Positions 23,648 to 33,180 of a stretch of 64,000 bases of DNA are shown in pieces. Below the pieces are notes generated by a model, which made no database searches, had not been told where the DNA came from, and saw only the letters and a list, made by a program, of their open reading frames with translations. How positions within the stretch are numbered: position 1 is the first letter of the stretch; each line of letters begins with the position of its first letter. The position numbers and the translations under genes were made by a program. The stretch spans positions 544,001 to 608,000 of the forward strand of contig CAVVHE010000009.1 of NCBI GenBank assembly GCA_963748015.1, read 5' to 3'. Source of the DNA: Terriglobia bacterium (GTDB lineage Bacteria > Acidobacteriota > Polarisedimenticolia > Polarisedimenticolales > JAIQFR01).

Positions 23648-24586
23648 TTGAACGGCCCGACGATCGATGACGTCCGCGCGGCCGCGCGGCGGATCGAAGG
23701 GCGGGTTCACCGCACGCCGCTCGCCCGCTCGGCGACCTTCGATCGCGCCGTCGGCGCCCGGGTGGCGTTCAAGTGCGAGAACCTGCAAAAGGTGGGCGCG
23801 TTCAAGGCTCGGGGAGCGGTCAACGCCGTCCTGTCGCTCGATGCCGACGCCGCGTCGCGCGGCGTCGTGACCCACTCGTCGGGGAACCACGCCGCAGCTC
23901 TGGCCTACGCGGCCGGCATCCGCGGGATCCGCTGCGTCGTCGTGATGCCCGACGACGCGCCGCCGATCAAGGTCGCCGCCGTCCGCGGCTACGGCGCCGA
24001 GATCGTGTTCTGCCCTCGGCCCGAGCGGACCGCGACGTGCGAGCGCGTGATCGCCGAGCGCGGCCTCACGTTCATCCACCCGTTCACCGACCCGCGCATC
24101 ATCGCCGGGCAGGGAACCGCCGCGCTCGAGCTGATCGAGGACGCGGGTGAGCTGGACCTCGTCGTGGCTCCGGTGGGTGGCGGAGGGTTGCTCGCGGGCA
24201 CGGCGGTGACCGTCGCCGCGCTCTTGCCGAAGGCGGCGATCTGGGGCGCCGAGCCGCAAGCGGCGGACGACGCCTTTCGCTCGCTCGAATCCGGGAGGCT
24301 CGAGCCCGCCGTCGATTCCCCGTCCACGATCGCCGATGGGTTGATGACCGGGCTCGGCGAGATCAACTTCCGCCTGCTGCGCGAGTGCCGAGCGCGCGTG
24401 GTCACCGTGACCGAAGAGGAGATCGTCGCAGCGGCCCGCTTCGTCGCCGAGCGGATGAAGCTCGTGATCGAGCCCTCGGCCGCGACCGCACCGGCGGCGC
24501 TGCTGAGCCGCGCCCCGGAGCTGGCCGGATTGCGCATCGGCGCGATCCTGAGCGGCGGCAACACCGATTTCCGCTGGTTGCGCTAG
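23648..24586 (+). CDS. PLP-dependent threonine/serine dehydratase (serine racemase-like)
   Basis: FKCENLQKVGAFKARG, SSGNHA, PVGGGGL, ILSGGN. TTG start assumed. Confidence 0.9.
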   Translation: MNGPTIDDVRAAARRIEGRVHRTPLARSATFDRAVGARVAFKCENLQKVGAFKARGAVNAVLSLDADAASRGVVTHSSGNHAAALAYAAGIRGIRCVVVMPDDAPPIKVAAVRGYGAEIVFCPRPERTATCERVIAERGLTFIHPFTDPRIIAGQGTAALELIEDAGELDLVVAPVGGGGLLAGTAVTVAALLPKAAIWGAEPQAADDAFRSLESGRLEPAVDSPSTIADGLMTGLGEINFRLLRECRARVVTVTEEEIVAAARFVAERMKLVIEPSAATAPAALLSRAPELAGLRIGAILSGGNTDFRWLR

Positions 24587-24617
24587 CCCGGACCGGGGAG
24601 AGTTACCGGCGCCGGGA

Positions 24618-25730
24618 TCAGCCCGTCAGCGCCTCCTCCAGCCGCGCCAGCCCCTCCGCGAAGCTCCTGCGCCCGAACCCGATGCGGAAGTGGTTCTCCG
24701 AGTCGTCGTAGACGGTGCCGGGGAGCAGCAGCACGCCGTGCCGCTCGACGAGCTCCCGGGTCCACCGCTCGATCGGCGTCCCCGTCAGGAGCCGCGGGAA
24801 GCCGGTGGCGCCCGCGCGCGGGCGGCTCCAAGAGAACGTCTCGGGATGCCGGTCGAGGAAGCGATCGAGGAGCGCCAGGTTCCCCGCGACGATCTCGCGA
24901 TTGCGGCGCAGTATGCGTTCCCTCGCTCGCAGGGCGATGATGGCGAGCACCTCGCTCGGGGCGCTGCAGCAGATGGTCGTGTAGTCCTTGTACGCGGCGC
25001 ACCGGCGCAGCAGGTCTTCGTTCCGCGCCGCCAACCAGCCGATTCTGAGGCCCGCGAGCCCGAACGCCTTCGACATCACCCCCAGGCTGGCCGCGCGGCC
25101 CGATAGGTCCGCCGCGGCGGGCAGGCGATCGGCGGGGTCGTGCTCCAGCAGGCGATACACCTCGTCGGAGAGGAGCGTGATGCCCGCCTCCTCGGCGATC
25201 CCCACGAGCTCGCCGAAAGCGTCGCGGCCCAGGAGCGCGCCCGTGGGGTTGTGCGGGAAGTTGACGATGAGCAGGCGCGTGTTGGGCCGAAGGGCGCGCC
25301 GGACGGCCGACGGATCGAGCTGCCACCCGCGCTCCTCCGCGAGCGGGAGCGGCGTCACGTCGGCGCCCGACGCGCGGGCCACCTCGTGGAGCGACTGGTA
25401 GGCCGGCCAGGTGACCAGGGCATGGTCGCCGGGCCCCAGCAGCGCGCTGACGAGCACGAAGACGGCTTCCTCCGCGCCCGAGAAGACCAGCACCTGTTCC
25501 GGCGCGATGTCGTCGTAGAGCCCGGCGATCTCCGCGCGCAGGAGAGGATGCCCCGCCGATTCCGTGTACCCGAGCGCGAGCGTGTCCCAGAGCGCGCGCT
25601 CCTCCTCGGCGGCCATCGCCAGCAGCTCGTCCATGCGGAGACTCTCCACGTCCGAGGCGCAGAGCAGGTACCGCGCGGAGAACTCGTGGCGGGCGAAATA
25701 GCGTTCGAGCTTGAAGTCCGCGAGCCTCAT
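24618..25730 (-). CDS. Class I/II PLP-dependent aminotransferase
   Basis: NFPHNPTG, SDEVYR, MSKAFGLAGLRIGW, FRIGFG. Confidence 0.92.
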   Translation of the reverse strand: MRLADFKLERYFARHEFSARYLLCASDVESLRMDELLAMAAEEERALWDTLALGYTESAGHPLLRAEIAGLYDDIAPEQVLVFSGAEEAVFVLVSALLGPGDHALVTWPAYQSLHEVARASGADVTPLPLAEERGWQLDPSAVRRALRPNTRLLIVNFPHNPTGALLGRDAFGELVGIAEEAGITLLSDEVYRLLEHDPADRLPAAADLSGRAASLGVMSKAFGLAGLRIGWLAARNEDLLRRCAAYKDYTTICCSAPSEVLAIIALRARERILRRNREIVAGNLALLDRFLDRHPETFSWSRPRAGATGFPRLLTGTPIERWTRELVERHGVLLLPGTVYDDSENHFRIGFGRRSFAEGLARLEEALTG

Positions 25731-25838
25731 CTTCGTCCTCCCGGGTGGCCCCGTGCGCCCGATTCTCCTCCCGGCGCCCGTCGAGCGAAAGGGCCGCTTG
25801 ACCGGCCCGCCAACCGACGCTACGCTCGGCGCTCCTCC

Positions 25839-28118
25839 ATGCGGGCCCTGTTCACCGTCGCCACCCTTCTCGGAGCGGCGCTCCTGTTCCTCGTGCAGCC
25901 CATCGTCGCGAGGATGGCGCTCCCGCTCCTCGGCGGCTCCCCCGCGGTCTGGAACACGTGCATGCTGTTCTTCCAGACCGTGCTCCTCGCGGGCTACGCG
26001 TACGCGCACCTGATCGTGGCTCCCCGGCGGCCGAGGGTCCAGGCCGTCGTCCACGTGGCGGTGCTCGCCGCGGGACTGCTCTTCCTCCCGATCCGACTGT
26101 TCGCCGCCCCCGGGCCCGGTTCCCACGGGCCGCCCGTCCTGTGGCTCCTGGGGACGCTCGCGACGTCCATCGGATTCCCGTTCTTCGCGCTCGCAGCGAC
26201 GGGCCCGCTCGTCCAGCGGTGGTTTCACGTGTCGGGACACCCCGAGGGGCGGAACCCGTATCCCCTCTACGCGGTCAGCAACCTGGGAAGTCTCGCGGCG
26301 CTCCTCGCCTACCCCCTGGTCGTGGAGCCGGCCCTCGGCCTTAGCTCCTCGTGCTCGTCGTGGTTCCCCCCGCGCATAGGGTGCCTCTCGCAGAAGTCGC
26401 TCTGGTCGATCGGCTACGTCGTGTTCGCCGCGCTCATGACGGGGTGCGCCGTGTTCGTCGCCAGGCGCGCGCGCGCGGCGCAGCCGTCGGAGACGGACGA
26501 CTCGCCAGGGGTGGCCGTGCCCTGGACCTCCCGCGCTCTCTGGGTGCTTCTCGCGTTCGTACCGTCGAGCGCGCTGCTGGGCGTGACCCAGTACCTGAGC
26601 ACCGACCTCGCGGTCTTCCCGCTCCTGTGGGTCCTGCCGCTCGCCATCTACCTGACGACCTTCATCCTCGCGTTCTCCCGCCGCGCGTGGATCTCGCCCG
26701 CCTGGTCGTCGGCCGGGCTCGCGGTGGCGGCCGTCGGGGTCGTGGCCAGCTTCTGGGTCTTCGTCCGCCCGTACCCGTGGGTCCTGTTCGTCCTCCACCC
26801 GATGACCCTGTTCTTCATCGGGATGGTCTGCCACGGGAGGCTCGCCGCGCTCCGCCCGGTGCCCGGGCGGCTGACCGAGTACTACCTGTGGATCGCGGTC
26901 GGCGGGGCGCTCGGCGGGGCGTTCAACGCGCTAGCGGCGCCGCTCCTCTTCAACTCGATCGCGGAATACCCGATCGTGCTGCTGGCCGCTTGCCTGCTTC
27001 GCCCCGGCGCCCTCCTGCGTCCCCGCGTCCTCGACCTCGCGCTTCCCCTCGGCCTGGTCGTCGCCGCGAAGGGGATGCCGCTCGTCGTCTCCCGTGCCGG
27101 GATCGAGAGCACCGTCGGCGTACTCGCCCTGCAGGTCGGGATTCCCTGCGCGCTCGCCGCCCTCCTCATGAGCCGTCCCCTCCGATTCGCGCTCGGAGTC
27201 GGCGCGCTCCTCCTCGTGGCGCGGGCCCAGACGCGAGTGTCGGGCGAGGTCCTTTACGCCAAGCGCGACTTCTTCGGCGTCCACAAGGTGGTGCGGGTCG
27301 GCGGCCCGGCCTACCGGGGCGTCGACACCGCCGGTCGGCCGGCGACCGTCGACGTCTCCTTCCACGTCCTCTACGACGGCACGACGCGCCACGGCGCGCA
27401 GCGCCTCGAGGAGAAGGTCCGAGGGAACCCGACGAGCTACTACCATCGCACCGGGCCGGCGGGGCGGGTCTTCTCGGCGCTCGAGGGGACCGACCGTCTC
27501 GATCGGATCGCGGTCGTCGGGCTCGGCGCCGGCACGCTGGCCGCCTACGCGCCGGCGGGGGGGCGGATCACCTTCTACGAGCTCGATCCCGAGATCGCCC
27601 GCATCGCGGGGGACGAGAGGTTCTTCACCTATCTGAGGGATTCCCGCGCCCGCGTCGAGGTGAAGATCGGCGACGGCCGCCTCGAGCTGGCACGGGAGCC
27701 CGACGGGCGTTACGGCTTGATCGTCCTCGACGCCTTCAGCTCCGACGCGCCGCCGGTCCACCTCATGACGCGCGAGGCCCTCGAGCTCTACTTCCGCAAG
27801 CTCCGGCCGGACGGCCTGCTGCTGGTCAACCTGACCAACCAGCACCTCGATCTCGAGCCGGTGTTCCACTCGATCGCGGCGGCGCTGAACCTGACGGGAC
27901 TCGCGACGTCGGACGACGCGACCACGCTCGAGCAGGCGCTCGAGGGGAAGAACCGATCCTCGTGGCTCGTCCTGGCGAGAAGCCGGGAGGCCCTGGGCAC
28001 CCTGGCGCTGTCCTCCGACTGGTGGCCGGTCCCCGTCGAGTCGGCCGGCCCCCCGGATCGCCGGTTCCTCTGGACCGACGACTCCTCGAGCGTCCTGCCC
28101 GTGCTGCGAATCTGGTAG
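25839..28118 (+). CDS. Membrane-fused spermidine synthase-like methyltransferase
   Basis: LLFLVQP...LGGSPAVWNTCMLFFQ membrane domain, VVGLGAGTLA, GDGR, LDAFSSD, WTDD. Confidence 0.9.
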   Translation: MRALFTVATLLGAALLFLVQPIVARMALPLLGGSPAVWNTCMLFFQTVLLAGYAYAHLIVAPRRPRVQAVVHVAVLAAGLLFLPIRLFAAPGPGSHGPPVLWLLGTLATSIGFPFFALAATGPLVQRWFHVSGHPEGRNPYPLYAVSNLGSLAALLAYPLVVEPALGLSSSCSSWFPPRIGCLSQKSLWSIGYVVFAALMTGCAVFVARRARAAQPSETDDSPGVAVPWTSRALWVLLAFVPSSALLGVTQYLSTDLAVFPLLWVLPLAIYLTTFILAFSRRAWISPAWSSAGLAVAAVGVVASFWVFVRPYPWVLFVLHPMTLFFIGMVCHGRLAALRPVPGRLTEYYLWIAVGGALGGAFNALAAPLLFNSIAEYPIVLLAACLLRPGALLRPRVLDLALPLGLVVAAKGMPLVVSRAGIESTVGVLALQVGIPCALAALLMSRPLRFALGVGALLLVARAQTRVSGEVLYAKRDFFGVHKVVRVGGPAYRGVDTAGRPATVDVSFHVLYDGTTRHGAQRLEEKVRGNPTSYYHRTGPAGRVFSALEGTDRLDRIAVVGLGAGTLAAYAPAGGRITFYELDPEIARIAGDERFFTYLRDSRARVEVKIGDGRLELAREPDGRYGLIVLDAFSSDAPPVHLMTREALELYFRKLRPDGLLLVNLTNQHLDLEPVFHSIAAALNLTGLATSDDATTLEQALEGKNRSSWLVLARSREALGTLALSSDWWPVPVESAGPPDRRFLWTDDSSSVLPVLRIW

Positions 28119-28153
28119 AGCCGTCCTGAGCCGAGCCGGTTCGCGGCGAGACG

Positions 28154-31100
28154 TCAGCGCTTCGGGAGCTTCTTCAGGAGAACCTCGACGGCCTTCTCGA
28201 GCTGCTCGTCGCGGCCGGCGGCTTCCCGCGCCGGGTCGTTGTCGACCGGGTAATCCGGGTCGAGGTGCTTGTTCTCGGTCAGGTCCCCGGACGGATCGAG
28301 GTAGCCGACCTCGGGAATGCCGAACGTGAGCGAGCGGTCCTGCAGCCGCTCCCACCAGACCGACGTGCAGGTGCCCGGCACCTGCATGCCGACGGTCTCG
28401 CCGATCCCGAGCGCCTTGTAGGCCGTCGGGAAGCAGTGGGCGTCGGAGTAGTTCCCCTCGTTCATGACGACGATCGACGGCTTGGTCCACCGCATCCCCG
28501 GCTCGACGCCGATCTGCCGGCCGCGCGGCACCGCGCGGTAGTAGACCTTCCCGGTGAGGAAGATCGTCAGGGGCTCGACGAGGTTGCCGCCGCCGTTGAA
28601 GCGCGTGTCGAGGACGATCGCTTCCTTGTCCACGGCGCGGCCGAAGATCTCCTCGAAGATCTCCCGGTAGGCGCCGTCGTTCATGCCGCGGATGTGGGCA
28701 TAGCCGAGCCTCCCGCCCGAGAGGCGATCGACCTCGGCGCGACGGCTCCGGACCCAGCGCTCGTAGAGGAGCGCCCCCTGGTCTTGCCAGGAGACCGGCT
28801 TGACCGTCTCCTCCCAGCTCTTCCCGCCCTTCGGGTCGAGGAGGCCGAGCCGGACCTGCGTGCCGGCCTTGCGGTTGAGGAGCGGGTACCAGTTGGCCCC
28901 CGCCGCGATCGTGGTCCCGTCGATCGAGGTGATGACGGCGCCGGGCGCGATCTTCGTCCCCGCCTTCTGGAGCGGCCCCTTCTCGAGGACCTCGAGGATC
29001 TTCACCCCCTCGCCGGCGTACGACGGGTCGGGGAAGAAGCCGAGGGCGGCGGTCGCGTCGCCGTCGGGGCGCGTCGGGCGGAAGCGCCCGCCCGTGTGCG
29101 AGGCGTTCAGCTCGCCCTGCATCTCGGAGATGAGCTCGGCGAAGTCGCGGTTGTTGTCGAGGTGGGGGAGGAAGCGGGCGTAGGCCGACTTCAACGCCGC
29201 CCAGTCGACGCCGTGGAGGTTCTCGACGTAGAACTTCTCCCGCGTCTGGCGCCAGGCGTGCTCGAAGAGGGCGGCGCGCTCCTCGGCGGACTTCAGCTCG
29301 ATCTTCGCGGAGACCTTCACCGGGGTCGCCTTGCCCGACTCGAGGTCGATGCTGGAAAGCTTGTCGTCGGCCAGGACGACGGCCTTCTTCCCTTCGGGGT
29401 CGAGCCGCAGGCTCGCCGAGCGCTCGGCGTCCAGCTTGGCGACGAGCTTGATCTCCTTTTTCCTCGGGACGTACTTCCAGAGGTCGTAGCCCTTCTCGAA
29501 GCGGGCGAGGTAGACGAGCGTCTCGCCATCCGGCGTCAGGTCGGCGTCGGCGAGGCTCGCGGAGTGGAGCGAGAGGCGGGCGATCCGGTCCTCGAGACCG
29601 TCGAGCTCGAGAACGACCGGGTCGGGGAGCTTGACCGCAGGCTCGGCGTCGGTCTTCTTCCCCGGCTCCTCGCCCTTCTTCGCGTCCTTGTCCTTCTCCT
29701 TGTCCTTCTTCTTCTCGGCTTCCTTCTCCTTCTCGACGAGCTGGGCGTAGGCGGCCTCGTCGAGACGGAAGCGGTCCCACGCCTTGCGGGTCAGGAAGGC
29801 CGCGAAGACGTCCGACTCGCGGGGCGAGCCCGATTGCTGGCGCGTGCCGTAACGGTCGCTCGACCAGAGGAGGAGCTCGCCCTTGCGCGCCCAGCGCGGC
29901 GACTCGTCCTCGTAGCCGCTCCGGCTGATGTTGACGACGGGCTTGCCCCCCGCGGCGTCCACGATGCCGACCTCGCTCGACCAGCGCGTCGGGCTCAGGA
30001 ACTGAACGGCGACGCTCTTCCCGTCGGGCGACCACTCGTACCACTGGTCGCCGTCGGCGTAGGAGTAGTTGAGGTCGCCGGGGAGGATCGTGCGCGACTT
30101 GCCGCTCGCGAGGTTCAGGACCTTGAGGGTCGTCCGCTCCTCGAGGTAGGCGACTTCCTTGCCGTCGGGGGAGAAAGCGGGCTGGAACTCCTCGGCGGGG
30201 GTGGCGAGGACCGCGCTCTCCTTGAACGCCGTCGCATTGAAGAAGGCGCTCTCGTCGGGATCGATCCGGTCGGTGCGGTAGACGTTCCAGCTCCCGTCGC
30301 GCTCGCCGGCGTAGAGGAGGCTCTTCCCGTCGGGGGAGAAGCTGACCGAGCGCTCCTGGCCAGGCGTGTCGGTGATCCGGCGCGTCGTGCCGTACTCGAC
30401 CGAAGCGACGAAAACCTCGCCGCGCGCGACGAAGGCCACTTCCTTGCCGCTCGGCGAGAGCTCGAACTCGCTCACCTCGGAGGCGACGTCGGCCGGGGCG
30501 ACGGCGAGGTCGCGGCGGTCGGCGGAGGCGGTCACGGAGAGCTTGCGGCTCTCGGTCGCGCCGGCCGGGCGGATCCAGATCTCGCCGTCGAACGCGTAGC
30601 AGAGGTCGCCGGCGGTCGAGGCGCTCAGGAAGCGGACAGGGTGGACGGCGTGCTTCGTGATCTGCTTCGGCCGCGACGGGTCGGCGAGTTCGAGCTTCCA
30701 GACGTTGAAGCTCCCGCTCTTCTCGGAGAGGAAGTAAAGGGCCTTGTCGCCGGGGGCCCAGACCGGCTGCCGGTCGTCGACGCCGAAGCCGGTGAGCCGC
30801 GTGTGGGTCCCGGTCGCCTTCTCGAAGATCCAGACGTCTCGCGCGAACGACGAGTTGTCGTGCTTGCGCCACTCCATCTCGTAGCCCTTCTGGTCGGAGT
30901 ACGCGAGTCTCTCGCCGGCCTTGTCCCAGGTCGCGTAGGGGGCGGGCGTCGAGAGGACCTGCACGGGCATCCCGCCGGAGAGCGCGACGCGGTAGAGCTC
31001 CGGCTGCGCGCCGGTCGGGAACTGGGCGTTCGTGGCGGAGTCGAGCCGCGCCGAGCTGAAGAGGACCGCCTTGCCGTCGGGCGTGAAGCTCGTCGGCGTG

Positions 31101-31465
31101 TCGTCGGCGGAGTGAAAGGTGAGGCGGCGGGCCTCGCCGCCGCCGGCCGGCATGACGAAGACGTCGAAGTTGCCGTAGCGGTCGGAGGCGAAGGCGATCT
31201 CCTTCCCGTCCGGCGACCAGACCGGTGAGGTGTCGTAGGCGGCGGCGACGGTGATCGGCGTCGCGGACCCGCCGGCGACCGGGACGGTCCAGAGGTCGCC
31301 CCGGTAGCTGAAGGCGACCGTCTTCCCGTCAGGGGAGATCGCGGCCGCGCGGAGCCAGAGAGCGTTCTCCGCGCGGGCCGGGGGCGCGGCAGCGAGGGCG
31401 AAGGAAGCCAGTACGGTCGCGACGAGCGCCGCGACGCCGGAACGAGACCTGTTCGTCGTTTGCAT
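28154..31465 (-). CDS. Tricorn protease-like S41 peptidase
   Basis: PD40 propeller repeats (SPDGK), MQGELNASH, PDZ, DTRFNGGGN, NYSDAH. GGAG RBS before ATG 31465. Confidence 0.92.
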   Translation of the reverse strand: MQTTNRSRSGVAALVATVLASFALAAAPPARAENALWLRAAAISPDGKTVAFSYRGDLWTVPVAGGSATPITVAAAYDTSPVWSPDGKEIAFASDRYGNFDVFVMPAGGGEARRLTFHSADDTPTSFTPDGKAVLFSSARLDSATNAQFPTGAQPELYRVALSGGMPVQVLSTPAPYATWDKAGERLAYSDQKGYEMEWRKHDNSSFARDVWIFEKATGTHTRLTGFGVDDRQPVWAPGDKALYFLSEKSGSFNVWKLELADPSRPKQITKHAVHPVRFLSASTAGDLCYAFDGEIWIRPAGATESRKLSVTASADRRDLAVAPADVASEVSEFELSPSGKEVAFVARGEVFVASVEYGTTRRITDTPGQERSVSFSPDGKSLLYAGERDGSWNVYRTDRIDPDESAFFNATAFKESAVLATPAEEFQPAFSPDGKEVAYLEERTTLKVLNLASGKSRTILPGDLNYSYADGDQWYEWSPDGKSVAVQFLSPTRWSSEVGIVDAAGGKPVVNISRSGYEDESPRWARKGELLLWSSDRYGTRQQSGSPRESDVFAAFLTRKAWDRFRLDEAAYAQLVEKEKEAEKKKDKEKDKDAKKGEEPGKKTDAEPAVKLPDPVVLELDGLEDRIARLSLHSASLADADLTPDGETLVYLARFEKGYDLWKYVPRKKEIKLVAKLDAERSASLRLDPEGKKAVVLADDKLSSIDLESGKATPVKVSAKIELKSAEERAALFEHAWRQTREKFYVENLHGVDWAALKSAYARFLPHLDNNRDFAELISEMQGELNASHTGGRFRPTRPDGDATAALGFFPDPSYAGEGVKILEVLEKGPLQKAGTKIAPGAVITSIDGTTIAAGANWYPLLNRKAGTQVRLGLLDPKGGKSWEETVKPVSWQDQGALLYERWVRSRRAEVDRLSGGRLGYAHIRGMNDGAYREIFEEIFGRAVDKEAIVLDTRFNGGGNLVEPLTIFLTGKVYYRAVPRGRQIGVEPGMRWTKPSIVVMNEGNYSDAHCFPTAYKALGIGETVGMQVPGTCTSVWWERLQDRSLTFGIPEVGYLDPSGDLTENKHLDPDYPVDNDPAREAAGRDEQLEKAVEVLLKKLPKR

Positions 31466-31530
31466 GGTATTCACTCCACGTGCGTCTACGTCGCCGTACG
31501 CCCCGGGTTTCCGAGGATGCGCATCTTACA

Positions 31531-31686
31531 TGGTGGACGCGAGATTGTGGGCTGTCCGGGGGCGAGCCGGACCTTCGCGAAACGGCGTCCATCCGCGGAC
31601 GCCTGCTCCCCCTCGCGACGCGGAATCCGGCCTTTTCCTGCCCTGCGACCTCGACGGCTCGCGACCCCACAATCTCGCGTCCACCA
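31531..31686. mobile_element. 156-bp MITE-like element with perfect 21-bp terminal inverted repeats
   Basis: TGGTGGACGCGAGATTGTGGG (31531-31551) and its reverse complement (31666-31686). No clear target-site duplication. Confidence 0.55.
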
Positions 31687-31841
31687 AGGACGATCTCGTC
31701 AGGGCGGTGACGCTTTCGTCATCGCGGACGCCATGGAGACTCTCGTCCAACGGCGGAGGCGCGGGCTGGACGGGGTGCGGCGAGCAAGGGGTCGTTTCGG
31801 CCCCGTTCTTGCCCTGAAGAGGGCTCAGGGAGGGATGCGTC

Positions 31842-33020
31842 GTGAAGAAGAAGGGAAACCTGCTGGCGATGGCGGCGGCGGTCCTGCTCGCGTCCGGCCT
31901 CACGCCGGCCAAGGAGGCCCCGACGGCGCAGAAGTCCTGGTCCCTCTCGGTCCCGCTCGCGGCGTCCTCGTCCCTCCGCGTCGAGAACCTGCTCGGCACG
32001 GTCAAGGTCCGCGGAACGAGCGCGACGGGGGCGGTGAAGATGGAGGTTCGCGTGGTCTCGGAGGGGGCGACGCAGGAAGAAGCGGCCACGCTCGCGGGCG
32101 GCGTCTCCGTGGACGCCGCGACCGAGGGCCCGGTGACCGCGATCCGCGTCGGGCTCCCCGCCGGCGAGACGGCGTCCGCGCTCCGCCTCCCCCGCGAGAA
32201 GGACCCGTCGATCTCGCGCTGGGTGTCGTCGATCTTCCGGAAGAAGGGCGACGCGATCGACGTCGACTACCGCGGGAACACGTACCGGATCGCGGACGAT
32301 CGAAAAGCGCCGGGACTCGCCGTCGAGCTGACGCTCGCGGTCCCGTTCGGCGCCGCGGTCGTCGTTCGCCAGGAGGTCGGCTCGATCGTACTCGAATCCT
32401 CGCGAGGCGACGCGCGCCTCGAGACGCGCGCGGGGACCGTCGCCGCGGATGGCTTCCTGGGGTCGCTGTCGATCGACGGCCACGATGCGGACGTGAAGGT
32501 CACGATGTGCCAGGGGACGAAGCTCGACGTTGCGACGGGCACCGGGAAGATCGATCTGCTCGACGTGCGGGCGAGCCGGGTGACGCTCCGGACCGACAGC
32601 GGCGCGATCGGCGGGACGATCGCGGGGGCCGACGACCTCAGTGTGGACAGCGCGAGCGGACCGGTCGAGCTTGCCGGCGTCGAGCCGGTGCGCGCGGACA
32701 TCAGGGCCGGCACGGGGAACGTGGATCTCTCGTCCCACCTCTCGAGGACGAAGAAGTTCGCGGTGCGGAGCGATTCCGGGAACGTCGTCCTCCGGCTCGG
32801 GGTAGGCGTAGGGTTCGATCTCACTGCCGAGACTCCCACGGGAGAGGTCAAGTCGCTGGGCCTCCCGATGACGGCGGTGGACAAGAGCGGGATCGTCTCC
32901 CGCTTCCAGCGCTGGGGCGGCGGACCCGACCTCGACGTCAAGGCGGGCGCGGGAAGCCTCACGGTGCGTCCCTACGGCGTTTCGCGCTTGGGGCTTCTCG
33001 CGAGGAAGTCGGGAAGCTAG
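31842..33020 (+). CDS. DUF4097-like beta-strand repeat (adhesin-like) secreted protein
   Basis: Signal peptide and repeated xTxxGxI/V motifs (TGTGKID, TDSGAI, SASGPV, SDSGNV). Confidence 0.75.
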   Translation: MKKKGNLLAMAAAVLLASGLTPAKEAPTAQKSWSLSVPLAASSSLRVENLLGTVKVRGTSATGAVKMEVRVVSEGATQEEAATLAGGVSVDAATEGPVTAIRVGLPAGETASALRLPREKDPSISRWVSSIFRKKGDAIDVDYRGNTYRIADDRKAPGLAVELTLAVPFGAAVVVRQEVGSIVLESSRGDARLETRAGTVAADGFLGSLSIDGHDADVKVTMCQGTKLDVATGTGKIDLLDVRASRVTLRTDSGAIGGTIAGADDLSVDSASGPVELAGVEPVRADIRAGTGNVDLSSHLSRTKKFAVRSDSGNVVLRLGVGVGFDLTAETPTGEVKSLGLPMTAVDKSGIVSRFQRWGGGPDLDVKAGAGSLTVRPYGVSRLGLLARKSGS

Positions 33021-33116
33021 AGCGTTTCGACCTGCCGGAGGTCGGTCGCCCCATCTCGCACCGCGGCAGCGGCCAGCCGGGTTTTCGCCCGACCATTGTC
33101 AGGATCGCGGGACGGG

Positions 33117-33144
33117 GGATAGCAGGAAGTTCAAGCTGCGAAAC
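33117..33144 (-). mobile_element. IS91/ISCR oriIS-like end, copy A (terminal portion only)
   Basis: AGGAAGTTCAAGCTGCGAAAC (33124-33144) is identical to 41628-41648. Confidence 0.65.
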
Positions 33145-33180
33145 CTCAGACTCAGGTAGTGCCCCACGATGCGGTTCCTG

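Noticed and set aside
25140..31228. Very long antisense and alternate-frame ORFs (for example 26931-30872 minus, 28265-31228 plus)
   Set aside because: Arg/Pro/Gly-rich shadow ORFs expected from GC-rich codon bias, overlapping well-supported genes.
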